A stretch of DNA of 64,000 nt from Felis catus (taxonomy: Eukaryota). A model generated the notes under the pieces. The model was given only the letters and a program-made list of their open reading frames with translations. It did no database searches and was not told where the DNA came from. The stretch spans positions 67,952,001 through 68,016,000 of the forward strand of contig NC_058384.1 in the NCBI RefSeq assembly GCF_018350175.1. The letters run 5' to 3'. The position numbers and the translations under genes are program-made. Of this stretch, positions 21,670-32,713 are shown in pieces; position 1 is the stretch's first letter, and the number at the start of each line of letters is the position of its first letter.

Positions 21670-22222
21670 TGTTAAGGTCAGGCTTCGGGCAGGGTAAAGA
21701 TAGGAGTCAGAGGCTAAAAAATTTTAGCAAAGGCTTTATTGGGAACTAAGGTCTCGGGCCAGGTTCCGTGACTCAGGGAGAGAGAGAGAGAGGAGTCAGG
21801 GAAGTCGCGCCCGGGGATGGTGGGATAGGGTTTTTAAGCTGCAGCGGTTCCCGGTTAGGCTTCCGGTGGGCCTTTTTCGCGCCAGGTGGACTCAGTCCAC
21901 CTCTCGGTCCAGGCTTGCTGATTCCATCACTTACATTCACGCTTAGCCCGAACATATCAGAAACGCTGCTTCTTTAAATATTACCTGAACTCGGTCCTTT
22001 CCCATATCCTGTAATGACCCTGTTGCCCCTGTATGATGAGGGGCCCGCAGTTCCTCCGGTGTGTGCTCTCTGGCAGCTGCGTGCTGATAACCCTAACTCT
22101 GCTCAGCTACTGTTCTGTCCGGAGAGGGCTTGGCCAGGCTCTTATCCATTCTCTTTCCTTTGTGAGTCTTTCCCCTGATGTTGATAACCGCCCGCCTTTT
22201 CTTTTACTCTATATACCTACCA
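21670..22222 (-). mobile_element. Probable solo LTR of an endogenous retrovirus
   Basis: On minus it runs TG...CA (TGGTAGG...CCTTAACA), with a TATA-like CTTAAAAACCC, a downstream AATAAA (+ strand TTTATT ~21736) and retained CpGs; it sits in AT-rich old-repeat sequence. No clear TSD seen. Confidence 0.55.
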
Positions 22223-22699
22223 TGAATTCATCCCTAAAACTCTTTATGTGATGTATTCACCTTCTCTCAATACCTTAAACTCATCAGGTAATTCCTGTCC
22301 GCACACTTTTTTCCGAAAGACACCCCTCCCCATCCCGCACCCCGCCCCAGAGCCCCTCTTCCTCTAGCTAGCTCCAAGCTGCACTGGCGCTCCCTGCGTC
22401 TCTCCATTAAATTATGACCACTTCTGTTCTAACACCCATCTCACGGCATCATGGTCAGTTGCGAATGCATCTGCACTGGGGCGAGTGTCTTGACATCTCT
22501 GTTTCTCCAAAGTCTGTCGCGGTGATCAGGTAACGTTCGACTGAAGGAAAGAATGAGTGAATAAATGGGATTTCTGTGCAGAAGTTTAAGGGGGACGAGA
22601 TTACATTCCCATCTTCTTGCAAACGTTTGAAGGTGTCCTCAGCAGGACGCTAGCTTCGAGCGGGGTCCTGGGGGACAGAAGCTGCACCGAAGCCCCTGC

Positions 22700-22915
22700 G
22701 GACTCAGGCCACAGTCCACAGTCGGAAGCTCAGCGAAACTCACCCTGCGCTCAGGCGGCCGCCGCGCCCAATCACGGCCGCGAGAACTACAACTCCCAGA
22801 AGGCCGCGCGGAGGCACCGCCTACGGGACTACAACTCCCAGAAAGCCGCGCGAACCGAGAGGCCTTCGGGACGCGGACGTCGGGGCCGCGCCGGGTTCGG
22901 GAGAAGCGGGCGGAG
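22700..22915 (+). promoter_or_regulatory. DPM3: DPM3 CpG promoter and non-coding exon 1
   Basis: CCAAT at 22768-22772; two ACTACAACTCCCAGAA ZNF143/THAP11-type motifs (22786, 22828); donor GAG|gtgagt at 22916; acceptor ttcccgcag ending 23091. Confidence 0.8.
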
Positions 22916-23096
22916 GTGAGTGCGGGTTGAGGGCCGAAAGCGGGGGGCGGGCGGGCCCGGCGGCGGAGCGGCCCTGCGGTAGCTGGAACGGAGGGCGGGT
23001 GGGGGAGGACGGAGACTCGGACTCGGACGACCGGGGGGGGGGGGGGGAGCGGGGCGGGAGGGAGCGTGAGCCGTGCCTTCTCTTCCCGCAGTGCCC

Positions 23097-23375
23097 ATGA
23101 CGAAGCTAGAGCAGTGGCTTTGGGGACTGGCGCTCCTGGGCTGCACCTGGGCGGCGCTGGCCACGGGAGCCCTGGGCCTGGAGCTGCCGTCGGCATGCCT
23201 GGAGGTCCTGTGGCCACTGCCGGCCTACCTGCTGGTGTCCGCCGGCTGCTACGCCCTGGGCACCGTGGGCTATCGCGTGGCCACTTTTCACGACTGCGAG
23301 GACGCCGCCCGCGAGCTGCAGAGCCAGATCCAGGAGGCGCGAGCCGACTTAGCCCGCAGGGGGATGCGCTTCTGA
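23097..23375 (+). CDS. DPM3: Dolichol-phosphate mannosyltransferase subunit 3, 92 aa
   Basis: [21 protein letters not shown]...[20 protein letters not shown], with two TM segments and a C-terminal coiled coil; ATTAAA at 23421-23426. Confidence 0.97.
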   Translation: MTKLEQWLWGLALLGCTWAALATGALGLELPSACLEVLWPLPAYLLVSAGCYALGTVGYRVATFHDCEDAARELQSQIQEARADLARRGMRF

Positions 23376-24159
23376 CACCCTAACCCCATTCCCACCCGAC
23401 AGCCTTTCCTCCCGTCGCCCATTAAAGAGCTTATTTTCTAACTCGGTTTAGTTTGAGTGTGGACGGTGGGGCTGGGGACTCTGCACCGGCTGTGGAGGAG
23501 GGACAGTCAGGCGAGCCACCGTCCTGAGGTCGTCTCAGCTTCATCTTCGCATCCTTGCTTGTGGTCCTCCTTTTTGCTCCAAAGGAGGCACAGACTGAAA
23601 GATCTCTCAGGAAGGACCCGTCATTTCACTCTCTTGGTCCTTTCAACCTTGTTTGCCATGTCAGGAAGTACTTCCTGAAGTCTGATTTCTGTTCTTCATA
23701 GCTTCCAAGCTGTGTTCTTTGAAGGTCTTCCTAGGTCTTTCCAACTTCGGGGTTCCTTCAAATACCTCTTCTGAGCCAGCCCTACCAGTCCAAGAACAGC
23801 TGTGGATCAAGCACCGTGTCTCTACCGTCACCAACCAGGCAGGTTGAGAATCACCAAATAGAGACTCAGCTTTGATGGGCAGGGGTAGCGAACGATTTAT
23901 TTTAAGGCACATTCTAAAGATTGCACCCCAACCTCCACAATTAAAAAATATAATCTGTAAAAAATAAGTGATTCATCTCCCAAGTCCCAGCTAGTATTCC
24001 AAGCAAAACACTTTCTTTGGCCCCTTAATTCTCACAGTTGTCCTTTTCTTTCCCGCAACCTCCTGCACTCATGGAGCTGGTCAGCAGAAGCAGCTGAGTC
24101 AAGGAACTGTCTTTGGTGGCAAGTTGGCATTAAGGTGCCCAGTGGTCAGGCGAACTGCG

Positions 24160-26192
24160 TCAGGTTTGCAGGAGCGGATAGTTCCTGTCTTGCCCCTGGG
24201 AGTACTTCCAGAAAAGCCAGAGGCGAATGAAGCTGGTGAGGATCCCCGGAACGTTGGGCACCTGAGACCGCAAGGGATGCTGTGAGCAGAGGAGCGGATT
24301 TTCTCCCCGGCACACCTGTCACCCGTCCCTCTCTGTTCTGCTTACCATGATGTAGGGGTCGCGTAGCTGAAACCCATACAGGGTCCAGGAGGCAGAGGTG
24401 AGGAGGGTGGCAATGGTGAGTGAGAAGGAGAGGCGTTGGGTTGATTTAGTCTGAATGACCTTGGCCTTCGGAAAAAGGATAAAAGACACTCCTGTCCCAG
24501 GCACGTAGCAAAGCTCCTACTTGTCTAAGGATTTCCTCAGGAGAAAGGTCAAACATCCTCTCTAATGTCCGTTACCTAACCTTTGCCTCCTGCCTCCCAC
24601 TCACCTACCTCTACTGCCCTGTCTTCCAGGGTTTGGGTCTTCCCTTCCTTTGGAGTGTAAGTTACGGTCTTATGTCCCCCACTTCCCGGACAGCCCCCAC
24701 TCACCAAGTCGGCCAGTGGTGACAGGTACATACTGATGGTGAAGGTACTGCAGAAGAGACCCAGCTGCTGAAGCCGGGCCTCCGGGCTGGGCACCAGGAG
24801 CCAAAAGTAGCCGAAACCCAGGACAAGGACCCCCAGCAGGGTCGCGGTCTGTAGGAGCATGGGACGCTGCAGGGGAGAGAGCAGCCTTATGGCTAGCTGT
24901 TTCAGGAGCCTCTCTGACTCCCCTGCTGGAATTGGTCCATCCTGCTCTCTGCGAGGCTCCCATGGGGGAGCCGACCTTCATCCCGGCCTCCAGTATTGCA
25001 CCTGTCACAGCCCTTTCCCCACCAGTGCTGAACATATGTCTGATCCACCCACATCACCAGTGGTTTCTATAGGAGAAGGTATCTTTTGTATGTGATCTTG
25101 GTACACACAGTGGGAACTTAATAACATGCTGGTGTGAGTTGGGGAGGGAGAGCTAATCAACCCATTTCTCAGCCACTGGCCCTGGCTCTCAAGGAACTAT
25201 CAGAGATAACGCCCCTTCCCCTCAGTGTGTTGGGCAGCAAGTCACCATCAGGCTAGGCAGAAACACCAGTTTGCCAGAAATGGGGCAGCGGTGGAGGAGG
25301 GGGTGCTGCTCAGTGTGTGAGTCTCAGGCTGGGCCTCACGGAGGACTTCAAGCCTGGAGGAGCCTTCCAGGAAAAGGTGGCAGTGCCAGCCTGTCATAAT
25401 CTTCTAGGAAGCAGTGTTTACCCTGCCAGCAAGGCAGGGCGTGCAGCAGAGAGGTGGGTCCAGGGGAGGGCCTCTACCTTCCGAGGGCAGTAGTGCAGAT
25501 ACACCGAGATATACAGGGTCTGAAGCACAGCGCCCGTGGCGTTGACGAAGATTAGGGTCCCGTCACCCTTCAAGGCCCCGTAACTCAGCCAGCTCAGGTT
25601 GCTGCAGGGTGGACAGGAGGGCCATTCCCCACGGAGGTGAGGATGGGAGGGGGACCCCAGGGGCCCCTACAACGTTCTTCCTCCCCCTCCCCCTCCCTCA
25701 GACAGCCTTTCCCGCCGCAAACGTCGCCCCTCTCACTTGATGTCCGTGGTGAGAAAGGGCAGGAACTGGACACTGTCCACGCTCCGGGTCATCCGCATGT
25801 GCCTGAGGTCCGAGCTGTAACGGGGCCCCGAAAGCAGGGGTGAGAGACGGGAAGGGAGAAGCAGCCTGCTGGGGAATCTAGACCCCCCGATGCCTGTCGT
25901 CCCCGGACCACTGCAGGTCCCGGCCCCACCCTCAGCTCTCTGGACTCTCCCTCAAGTGCCCAGCCTCGCCCTTGGGCCCCGGATCCCTCAACCCGAATCC
26001 ACTTTGACCCGGGTTTCGGACGCAGCTTGGGGCTGCAGCCACGTCTCTGTCCCCTCTCTGTCCCTTCCTGGCTTCCAGGTCCTGCCCCAGCCTAGCCCGG
26101 CCGCGCTCTCACAGGCCGGTGGAGTACATGATGAGGGTGAAGAGCACGCAAGCTCCGGAAAGGAACGAGTCGGCGACGCCGCCCGCCTCCAT
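24160..26192 (-). CDS. SLC50A1: Sugar transporter SWEET1 (MtN3/saliva family), 221 aa
   Basis: Exons 26192-26113, 25814-25737, 25601-25478, 24866-24705, 24465-24346, 24261-24160 = 666 nt. Translation MEAGGVADSFLSGACVLFTL...MYLSPLADLAKVIQTKSTQ...LLQT. AATAAA (-) at 23901-23896. Confidence 0.96.
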
Positions 26193-26560
26193 CTCCCCCT
26201 GGGTCGGATCCTGAGCCCCGCGCGACCGTCAACTAGCTGGGCCGGCAGCCCGCGCCGCCTGAGCCCCGCCCCTGCCCCCGAGGCCCCGCCCTCGCGCGGC
26301 GCCGTGCGCCGGAAATGGGTCGGCAGCCCCGCCCGCTCCAGCAGCGCGCCGGAACTGGGCCCCGCCCCCCGAGCGCCAGGCCCCGCCCCTGCTGGCCTGC
26401 TCGGAAGCCGTCCTCCGGGTCACGCGGGTGACGGCGGGTCCCGCCGGTCGCGCTCGGCCTGCCCCTCGGCCCGCCCGGACCCCAGCCTCCACCCTCTTGC
26501 CGACGTGGTCGACCTGAAATCAAAGCTTCTGGGCCCTTCCCGCCCGGAGCTCCGGCTCAC
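26193..26560 (-). promoter_or_regulatory. SLC50A1: SLC50A1 CpG-island promoter
   Basis: CpG-dense, several GC boxes (CCCCGCCC) and ETS-like CCGGAA motifs immediately upstream of the ATG. Confidence 0.7.
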
Positions 26561-27053
26561 AACCGCACCTGCCCAGGGCTGGAGAGGTTTCCCCCTTTGT
26601 TGAAGCCTCTTCCCAGGGTCTCCCCTCCATGAGTGGGCTTGCCAGGAATCACCGGTCTGTCAGGTGCCCTCTGCCTTCAGCCACACGGCCAACCTTGCGT
26701 GATGTGGCCCACCCGCCCAAGCGCCCGTCTCTGACCCCCTAGGCCAACCCACAGGAACTTTCCTGCGGCCTCCCACGCCCCGCTGCTTGGGCTGTGCTGG
26801 GGCTATGCTGGGCTGTGCGCCCAGGCCGCGTTCCCCCGAGCACCCACCTGCACCAGCACCCGCACGGTTCCCGCCAAACCCCAGAGCCTCGGGAGCGCGA
26901 GGGGGCAGGGGATGGGAAGAACTTCCAGAGTGGGGTGCAGCCCGGAGCCCCAGAAAATCCTCAGACGGGGAAGCACCCCACTCTCTGGTGATGGTAGGGG
27001 GGTCCTAAGTTAGGATGGAGGAGCAGAGAAGTATGTCCAAATAAACACGTTGT

Positions 27054-27059
27054 TTTATT
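27054..27059 (-). terminator. EFNA1: EFNA1 polyadenylation signal AATAAA
   Basis: TTTATT on + strand at the end of an AT-rich 3' UTR tail. Confidence 0.75.
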
Positions 27060-27776
27060 ATTTGTATAAAAAAAGTCCAGTTGTAGAAATCACAGACACA
27101 CATCAAGTTTATATACAGATCCTGTCCACGTGGGCCCTGCCCCTACACCTAAACTCTAGACACAGGTTGGCACAGCCCCCCTGCTGGCACAGCTCTGCGG
27201 AGTGCTACCCTCAGATGGGAGAGGACGGGACGCAGTGCCTGGCTGCAGCCCTCTCCCTGGCAGCTCCAAAGACTTCCGGAAGTCTTGGGGAGATGCTGGA
27301 TCAGCCCAAGCGCGCTGCCTCTCCCGTCTCTGGTTCCCAGGCATGAAACTGTCTCACACTCCTCCTGCAGCCAGTGCCTCTGGGCATCCTGGCTCTCTCT
27401 GGAGGGGCATCTTTGCCAAGCTCAGTGTCCATCTGTATGACCGCAGGCTCCCTCCGGCTCGGCCTTCTCAAGAGGCCACATCTTGCACAGCTTGTTCCTT
27501 TGGCTTAAGGGCAGAAATGGTGGGGGAAGGCCTATCCCCACTCCCCTGTCCATCCCTCGAGGTGGAGGCAGTGATGGCACTACCAGGCTTGCCGACCCCC
27601 TTTGGGTTGAAACTCGTGATACCCGTTTTGAGGCTGCTGGATGGCAGCTTGTGCATGTGGTGGGAATGGTTCCCAGGAGGACTGGGGCCGTGGGAGGGGT
27701 CCCCGAACAGGTGAGGGTGCCCATCCTGCCTCCTCGGCCCAGTTCTAAATCCTCAGGCCAGGTGTGGCCTATGTCT

Positions 27777-30700
27777 TCATGGGGTTTGCAGCAGCAGGAG
27801 CGGCAGAAGCAGCACAGCCCAGGCAAGTGGGAAGAGGCGGGGGGCAGCGCTGTGCCCGATGCTGTGTAGGACCTGTACCTCTGGGTCATCTGCAAGATGA
27901 GAGGGCGGAAGCCCCCAAGGTGAGTGGCCCTACTGCTGGCTCTGGCCCTCAGCTCAGCACGGTTTCCCCAGTCCCTGCCTGGCAAGGAAGCCACGTCCTG
28001 TACCCAACCTCTTTAAGCAGACCCCCTCTGTGCCCCAGGCCCAATTTTCTCTGGCTGCGTACCTGCTGGAAGTCTCTTCTCCTGTGGATTGACATGGGCC
28101 TGAGGACTGGGAGCTGAAAGGCAAGGGTGGTAGTGGGTCAGGTGCCAGGCCGGGGTGGGGGGGCGGGGCTCACGGGCGGCGGCCGGCTGGGCCGTTGGTG
28201 GCACTTCCCTGCCATCCCGGCTCACTAGCCCAGGATCAGCAAAGAGGTGCGGGAAGGAGACCCACAGGGCTCTGACACTCACTGATTTTGCCACTGACGA
28301 TCACCTTCAACCTCAAGCACTGGTCTTCCTGGTGGTGGATGGGTTTGGCTGCAAGATAAACCCACAGAGTGTTAAGGGAGGAACCTCTGTTGGAAGAAAT
28401 CACAAGTGCAAGCTTCTCCGCCTCTTTTTTCCCCGGCCCCGCTCATTCGAGCCCCTCGCTTCCCACTCATCTTTCATTCCCACCTTCCTTCCTTTGCCCG
28501 CTTTCTGCTTCCTGCTCAACCTCCCATTGTCTGGGATGACCCTTGGCTTTGGAGGCGGTGCTAAAAGGAGCACAGCCTTTCCCTCACTGCTCCCAGCCTG
28601 GAGTTGGCCGAGGCCTTCACAATATGCTCCCCTGCCTGGTATTCTCCCTGTCCAGGCCCCAGTGACAAGGCGAGGCCTGGATCCATTCTACACACAGCCG
28701 ATTTTCTAACTCCTGAATCCACCAGCGCCTCTCCGGCGCCTTCGGCAGAGTCCAAACTCCTTAGCACTTCCTAGGCCGCCGTGACATGTGGTGTGTGCCC
28801 TGTCCCCTCCACCCCTCCAAGCTTACCTCTCCCCACGTGCAGCGTCCCTCCTACTTCAGACGCGACCATATGGCGTTCCCTGAAGATGTCCTGCACCCAT
28901 TGCACATGTCCCCTCGTGCCCGGCCAACTCCTCGGCTTGTCCTAAGCTCTTGGGTCCTCGTCCCCAGGAACCCTTCTCTGGGTCTCCTGAGCCTGGCAGA
29001 TACCCAGGTCGTTTTCCCAAGGCCCCTGTGCCCATATCTTCATACCACATCGTTCTAACGGTCCGTTCACCTATGTGTGTCGCTTTCTAGCTTTCCGGGC
29101 TACAGGGACCCTGCAGCGTTTTATTGATCTCTGTGCCTGCGGTGCCAGGCAGAGTGCCCAGTACACAGAAGCTCATACCACGTGTGTAACGTGAGTGGAT
29201 TAAAACAATTCAGGATCGGAAGGGCCGTGTGTGGCTTCGTACTGAGCACGTGCCTCACACCTGCTGCGTCCCTGTGTGGCCCGTGCGCGCGCCCGGGGGA
29301 CTCACAGATGTAGTAGTAGCTGTGTCCCTCTTTGAACTCCTTGCCCAGGGTGAAGGGCGTGAAGCGCTGGAACTTCTCCGACAGCTTCTCCGGGCCGTGC
29401 CTGGCGCTCGGCTGGTTGCATTGCCAGCGGACCTGGTCCCTGGACTGGGGTTGGCACAGCTGGTACTGCTCACGCTCCACCAGATACAGGGTGTACCGCT
29501 CCATGGCGGCGGCCGCCACAGTGTCGTCCTCGTAATGCGGGCAGATGATGTCCAGGTAGTCATTGAGCCGGACGTGTACTGTGTAGTCCTCGTTCCGGAA
29601 CCTGTTCCCAGAGCGGGAGGCAACAGACGGTCACTCAGAGGCCAGGCTCCAGGCCAGAGCCGCGGGCCTGCGAGGGTCTACCTGCCCCCCCCCCCCCCCC
29701 CCCGGAGATTTCTGAACAGCCTCAACTCCCAGTGTTTTCTGACCTTGACCTCTTCAGTGTCTTCTCACCATCTTCGAACGTGCCACCCCCCTCACTGCGT
29801 CCGTCCTCTAAATTGCATCCGCCTGGCATCCTTCAGGTGCCCGACCACTTCCCGTAACCCCCGGGGGTTTGCCCAAGGAAGGGCTTCTGAGTGTGTCCTT
29901 AGCTCACTCACCACTTCCCCAAATCTGTGCTCCCGGCTGCTCTTCTCCAGCCCCGCCTGGGACCCAGCCCGCGACGCCCTCCCATCCGGAGAGCCGCGCT
30001 CAGCCCCAGCACAGCTGCGGCGGGGCCGCCCGCGCCCTCGCCCGTGCCCCCGGGGCGCGTTCACACTCGTCGGCTTCACTTCCGCCCCCGGCACACCAGG
30101 CCGGCACACACTCCCGGATCCGCCACTCTAGCGCCTCCTTGTCCGCTCCTCCCAAAGCATCCCCAGGCCTCCCCGTCCATCGCCAAAGCCACGCTCGCAC
30201 CTCCGCGGAAGGAGCTCCAGAAACGCTGGGGCTCTCGGCCCGGCGGAGGCCGCCCCAGGTGCTGCCAGCGCCCTCCCCGGGGCCCCTGCGGCTCCGGCCC
30301 GGCTCCGCCCTCCGGCCCCAGACACCTGGCTCCAGGCGCCGCGGGGCGGGGTCCGGGCGGGGGAGGGGCCTCCCCCGCCCCCCCCCCCCAGCCGGTCGGC
30401 CCCTCCGGATTCCCCCGGCGCGGCCGGCCGCCAACCCGCTTCAAACCCGGGCCCCGGCACGGGTGGGGGAGGGGCAAGAGCTCGGCCGAGCGGCCTGGTC
30501 GGGGTGGGGGTGGGGGTGGCACCCCCTGCCCGGTCGGCGGGCGCCCTCGGAGGCCCGGCCTGGGGGCGGCGAGCACCCGGGCCCCTCCCCCACCGGGGAG
30601 GGGGAGGAGGAGAGTGCCNNNNNNNNNNNNNNNNNNNNNNNNNNNNNNNNNNNNNNNNNNNNNNNNNNNNNNNNNNNNNNNNNNNNNNNNNNNNNNNNNN

Positions 30701-32713
30701 NNNNNNNNNNNNNNNNNNNNNNNNNNNNNNNNNNNNNNNNNNNNNNNNNNNNNNNNNNACCCGCCCCAGCACTCCTGAGAACCTGTGAAAATCTACCTGG
30801 TCAGAGGCGGCCGGCCCCCAGGACCTCAGGGCCAGGGCTTGCCCCGGGCACAGTCCTCCAGGCCCGGGAAGCCGGCGCCGGCCCCTCCAGCGCCCAGGAG
30901 CCCAGCGCCCGGCTCGCAGCAGCCCCGCCCTCCCGCCCGGGGCCTGGAGATCCCGCTCCGGCCCACCGCCCTGAGTCACCCAAACCAGCCCCACACCCAC
31001 CCAGCTCAGGGCCACCTCGTCTGTGCCTGCGAGCCGGGCCTGGCTCGGCCCCTGTGCACTCCACTCTGGCTGGTTCTCTTTAGTCCTGGGTATGGGAGGG
31101 TGTGTGTGTGTGTGTGTGTGTGTGGCCAGATGGACAGGGCAGAAGCTGTGCTTGGTGGGGGCACCCATTATCCCCCTCCTGGGGGTCCAATCTGTTCCAC
31201 TTAGCACTCCTTCGACTCTGGCTCTCCGTCTGGGAAAGGGGGGCAAGCGGCGTCAGGGAAGGCGGGGAGNNNNNNNNNNNNNNNNNNNNNNNNNNNNNNN
31301 NNNNNNNNNNNNNNNNNNNNNNNNNNNNNNNNNNNNNNNNNNNNNNNNNNNNNNNNNNNNNNNNNNNNNNNNNNNNNNNNNNNNNNNNNNNNNNNNNNNN
31401 NNNNNNNNNNNNNNNNNNNNNNNNNNNNNNNNNNNNNNNNNACTGGGTCAAGGAAGTACAGAGCAGGCAGGTGGGAGCAGCAGCGGGTGGGGAGGGCCGA
31501 CATTAGGGCTGCCCCTGATGCCGAAGGGCAAGAGGGCATTGCCTCCTGGGCTTGGCAGCAGCTGGCAGTTCCCTCCTGCCCCACAAGCCACAGCCTCCAG
31601 ACCCCCCACCAGGCAGCACTGCCACAGGGTCAGAGGAAGCTGGCACCACGGATTTCTCAAGCGGAGTGGGGGGCGGGCATGCAAGGGCTGGGGGTGGCCA
31701 AGCTGAGCGTTTATCCTGGCCAGCGCTGCCCAGCCCTCCTCCCCCTGCTCCGCCCTACCCACCTCTGGTGTTTTCCCACAAATATTGTTCCCGTAACTTC
31801 AGAAAACTCAAGGGCAAGAACAAAGGGTCCAATAGGGCTTCTCCCTCCCAGGGCCATTTGCCTCCTAGCCCTAAACCTGCCCAGGATGAGTTAACTCCTT
31901 CCTGCCCAGAGCCCCAAGTAACCCTTTTAACCCCTTCCATTCCTTCTGAACCTTTCCCATGACCTGCCTCCTCCCATCTCTTAATCTCATAAACAGGTGA
32001 CTCCCTCAGCCTACTACACAAGGCATGCGCCCCACTCATGCCACCTCAAAGGTTCCCTTGTGTGTGGAGGGGAGCTTTCCAGGGTCATCCTAAATACAGA
32101 GTGCACAAGCTTGAAGCCAGAAGGCCAGGCCCCTCCTGAGGGGTCCTTCCAGGATTACAGTGAACATTCTGCTTACTCCCCATGTCACATCAGGCACCTA
32201 TCTGTGTGGGCAGACATCCAAGCGACAAGAGGCACAGAGGCTTTTGTCGTGGAAGGGCCTAGAACGAGAGCCGTCGGCGCCAGGGAGGGTGGTCCAGGCT
32301 GGAGGCAGGAAGTGTTCAGCAAGGGTCCCTCACTTCAGAGTTAACAGGGGGCCAGGGGGGGGTGGAAAGGAAGGGCAGAGAGAACCCAGTGCAAGTAACT
32401 AGCAGGCAGGCTCCTGCCCAGGGCTGGGGTACTCCTAGTTATGTCCCAGTTACCGGGGAGAAGCGAGGGGAAGAAACTCCACGGGATCCCTCCCGCCTCT
32501 GGTCGCGGCCCCAAGACTCAGGTCAGGGGCTGGCCGGGACAGTTAACCGGGCCGCGGTGGGGGTGGGGGTGGGCAGTGCCAGCCGGGCGCCCGGGCTGCC
32601 GGGCGGAGACTCGGGGCTTACTTGGGGTTTGAACTGTTCCAGAAGACGGTGTGGCGGTCAGCAGCGGCCAGACTGCAGCACAGGCCCAAGAGCGGGGCCC
32701 AGAGGAACTCCAT
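27777..32713 (-). CDS. EFNA1: Ephrin-A1 (GPI-anchored Eph ligand), 205 aa
   Basis: Exons 32713-32622, 29601-29306, 28348-28283, 28113-28063, 27889-27777 = 618 nt. Signal peptide MEFLWAPLLGLCCSLAAADRHTVFWNSSNPK, ephrin domain (EKFQRFTPFTLGKEFKEGHSYYYIS), hydrophobic GPI signal at the C-terminus. Confidence 0.97.
28620..29210. mobile_element. L2 LINE relic in EFNA1 intron 2
   Basis: AAACTCCTTAGCA…AGAGTGCCCAGTACACAGAAGCTC L2 3'-end-like motifs. Confidence 0.5.
29930..31050. promoter_or_regulatory. Intronic CpG island in EFNA1 intron 1
   Basis: CpG/GC-rich block with GC boxes and an ETS-like CACTTCCG; contains an N gap. Confidence 0.6.
30619..30758. other. Assembly gap (N) in EFNA1 intron 1
   Basis: Run of n. 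Confidence 1.
31100..31123. repeat. (GT)n microsatellite
   Basis: Seen directly. Confidence 0.9.
31270..31441. other. Assembly gap (N) in EFNA1 intron 1
   Basis: Run of n. Confidence 1.

Noticed and set aside
23073-23096. Longer DPM3 N-terminus suggested by the ORF track
   Set aside because: It starts at a GTG inside the intron's polypyrimidine tract; the real start is ATG 23097.
24466-24485. TATCCTTT resembling a U12 donor near the SLC50A1 exon 5 acceptor
   Set aside because: It is not preceded by G/A and sits within an ordinary polypyrimidine tract of a GT-AG U2 intron.
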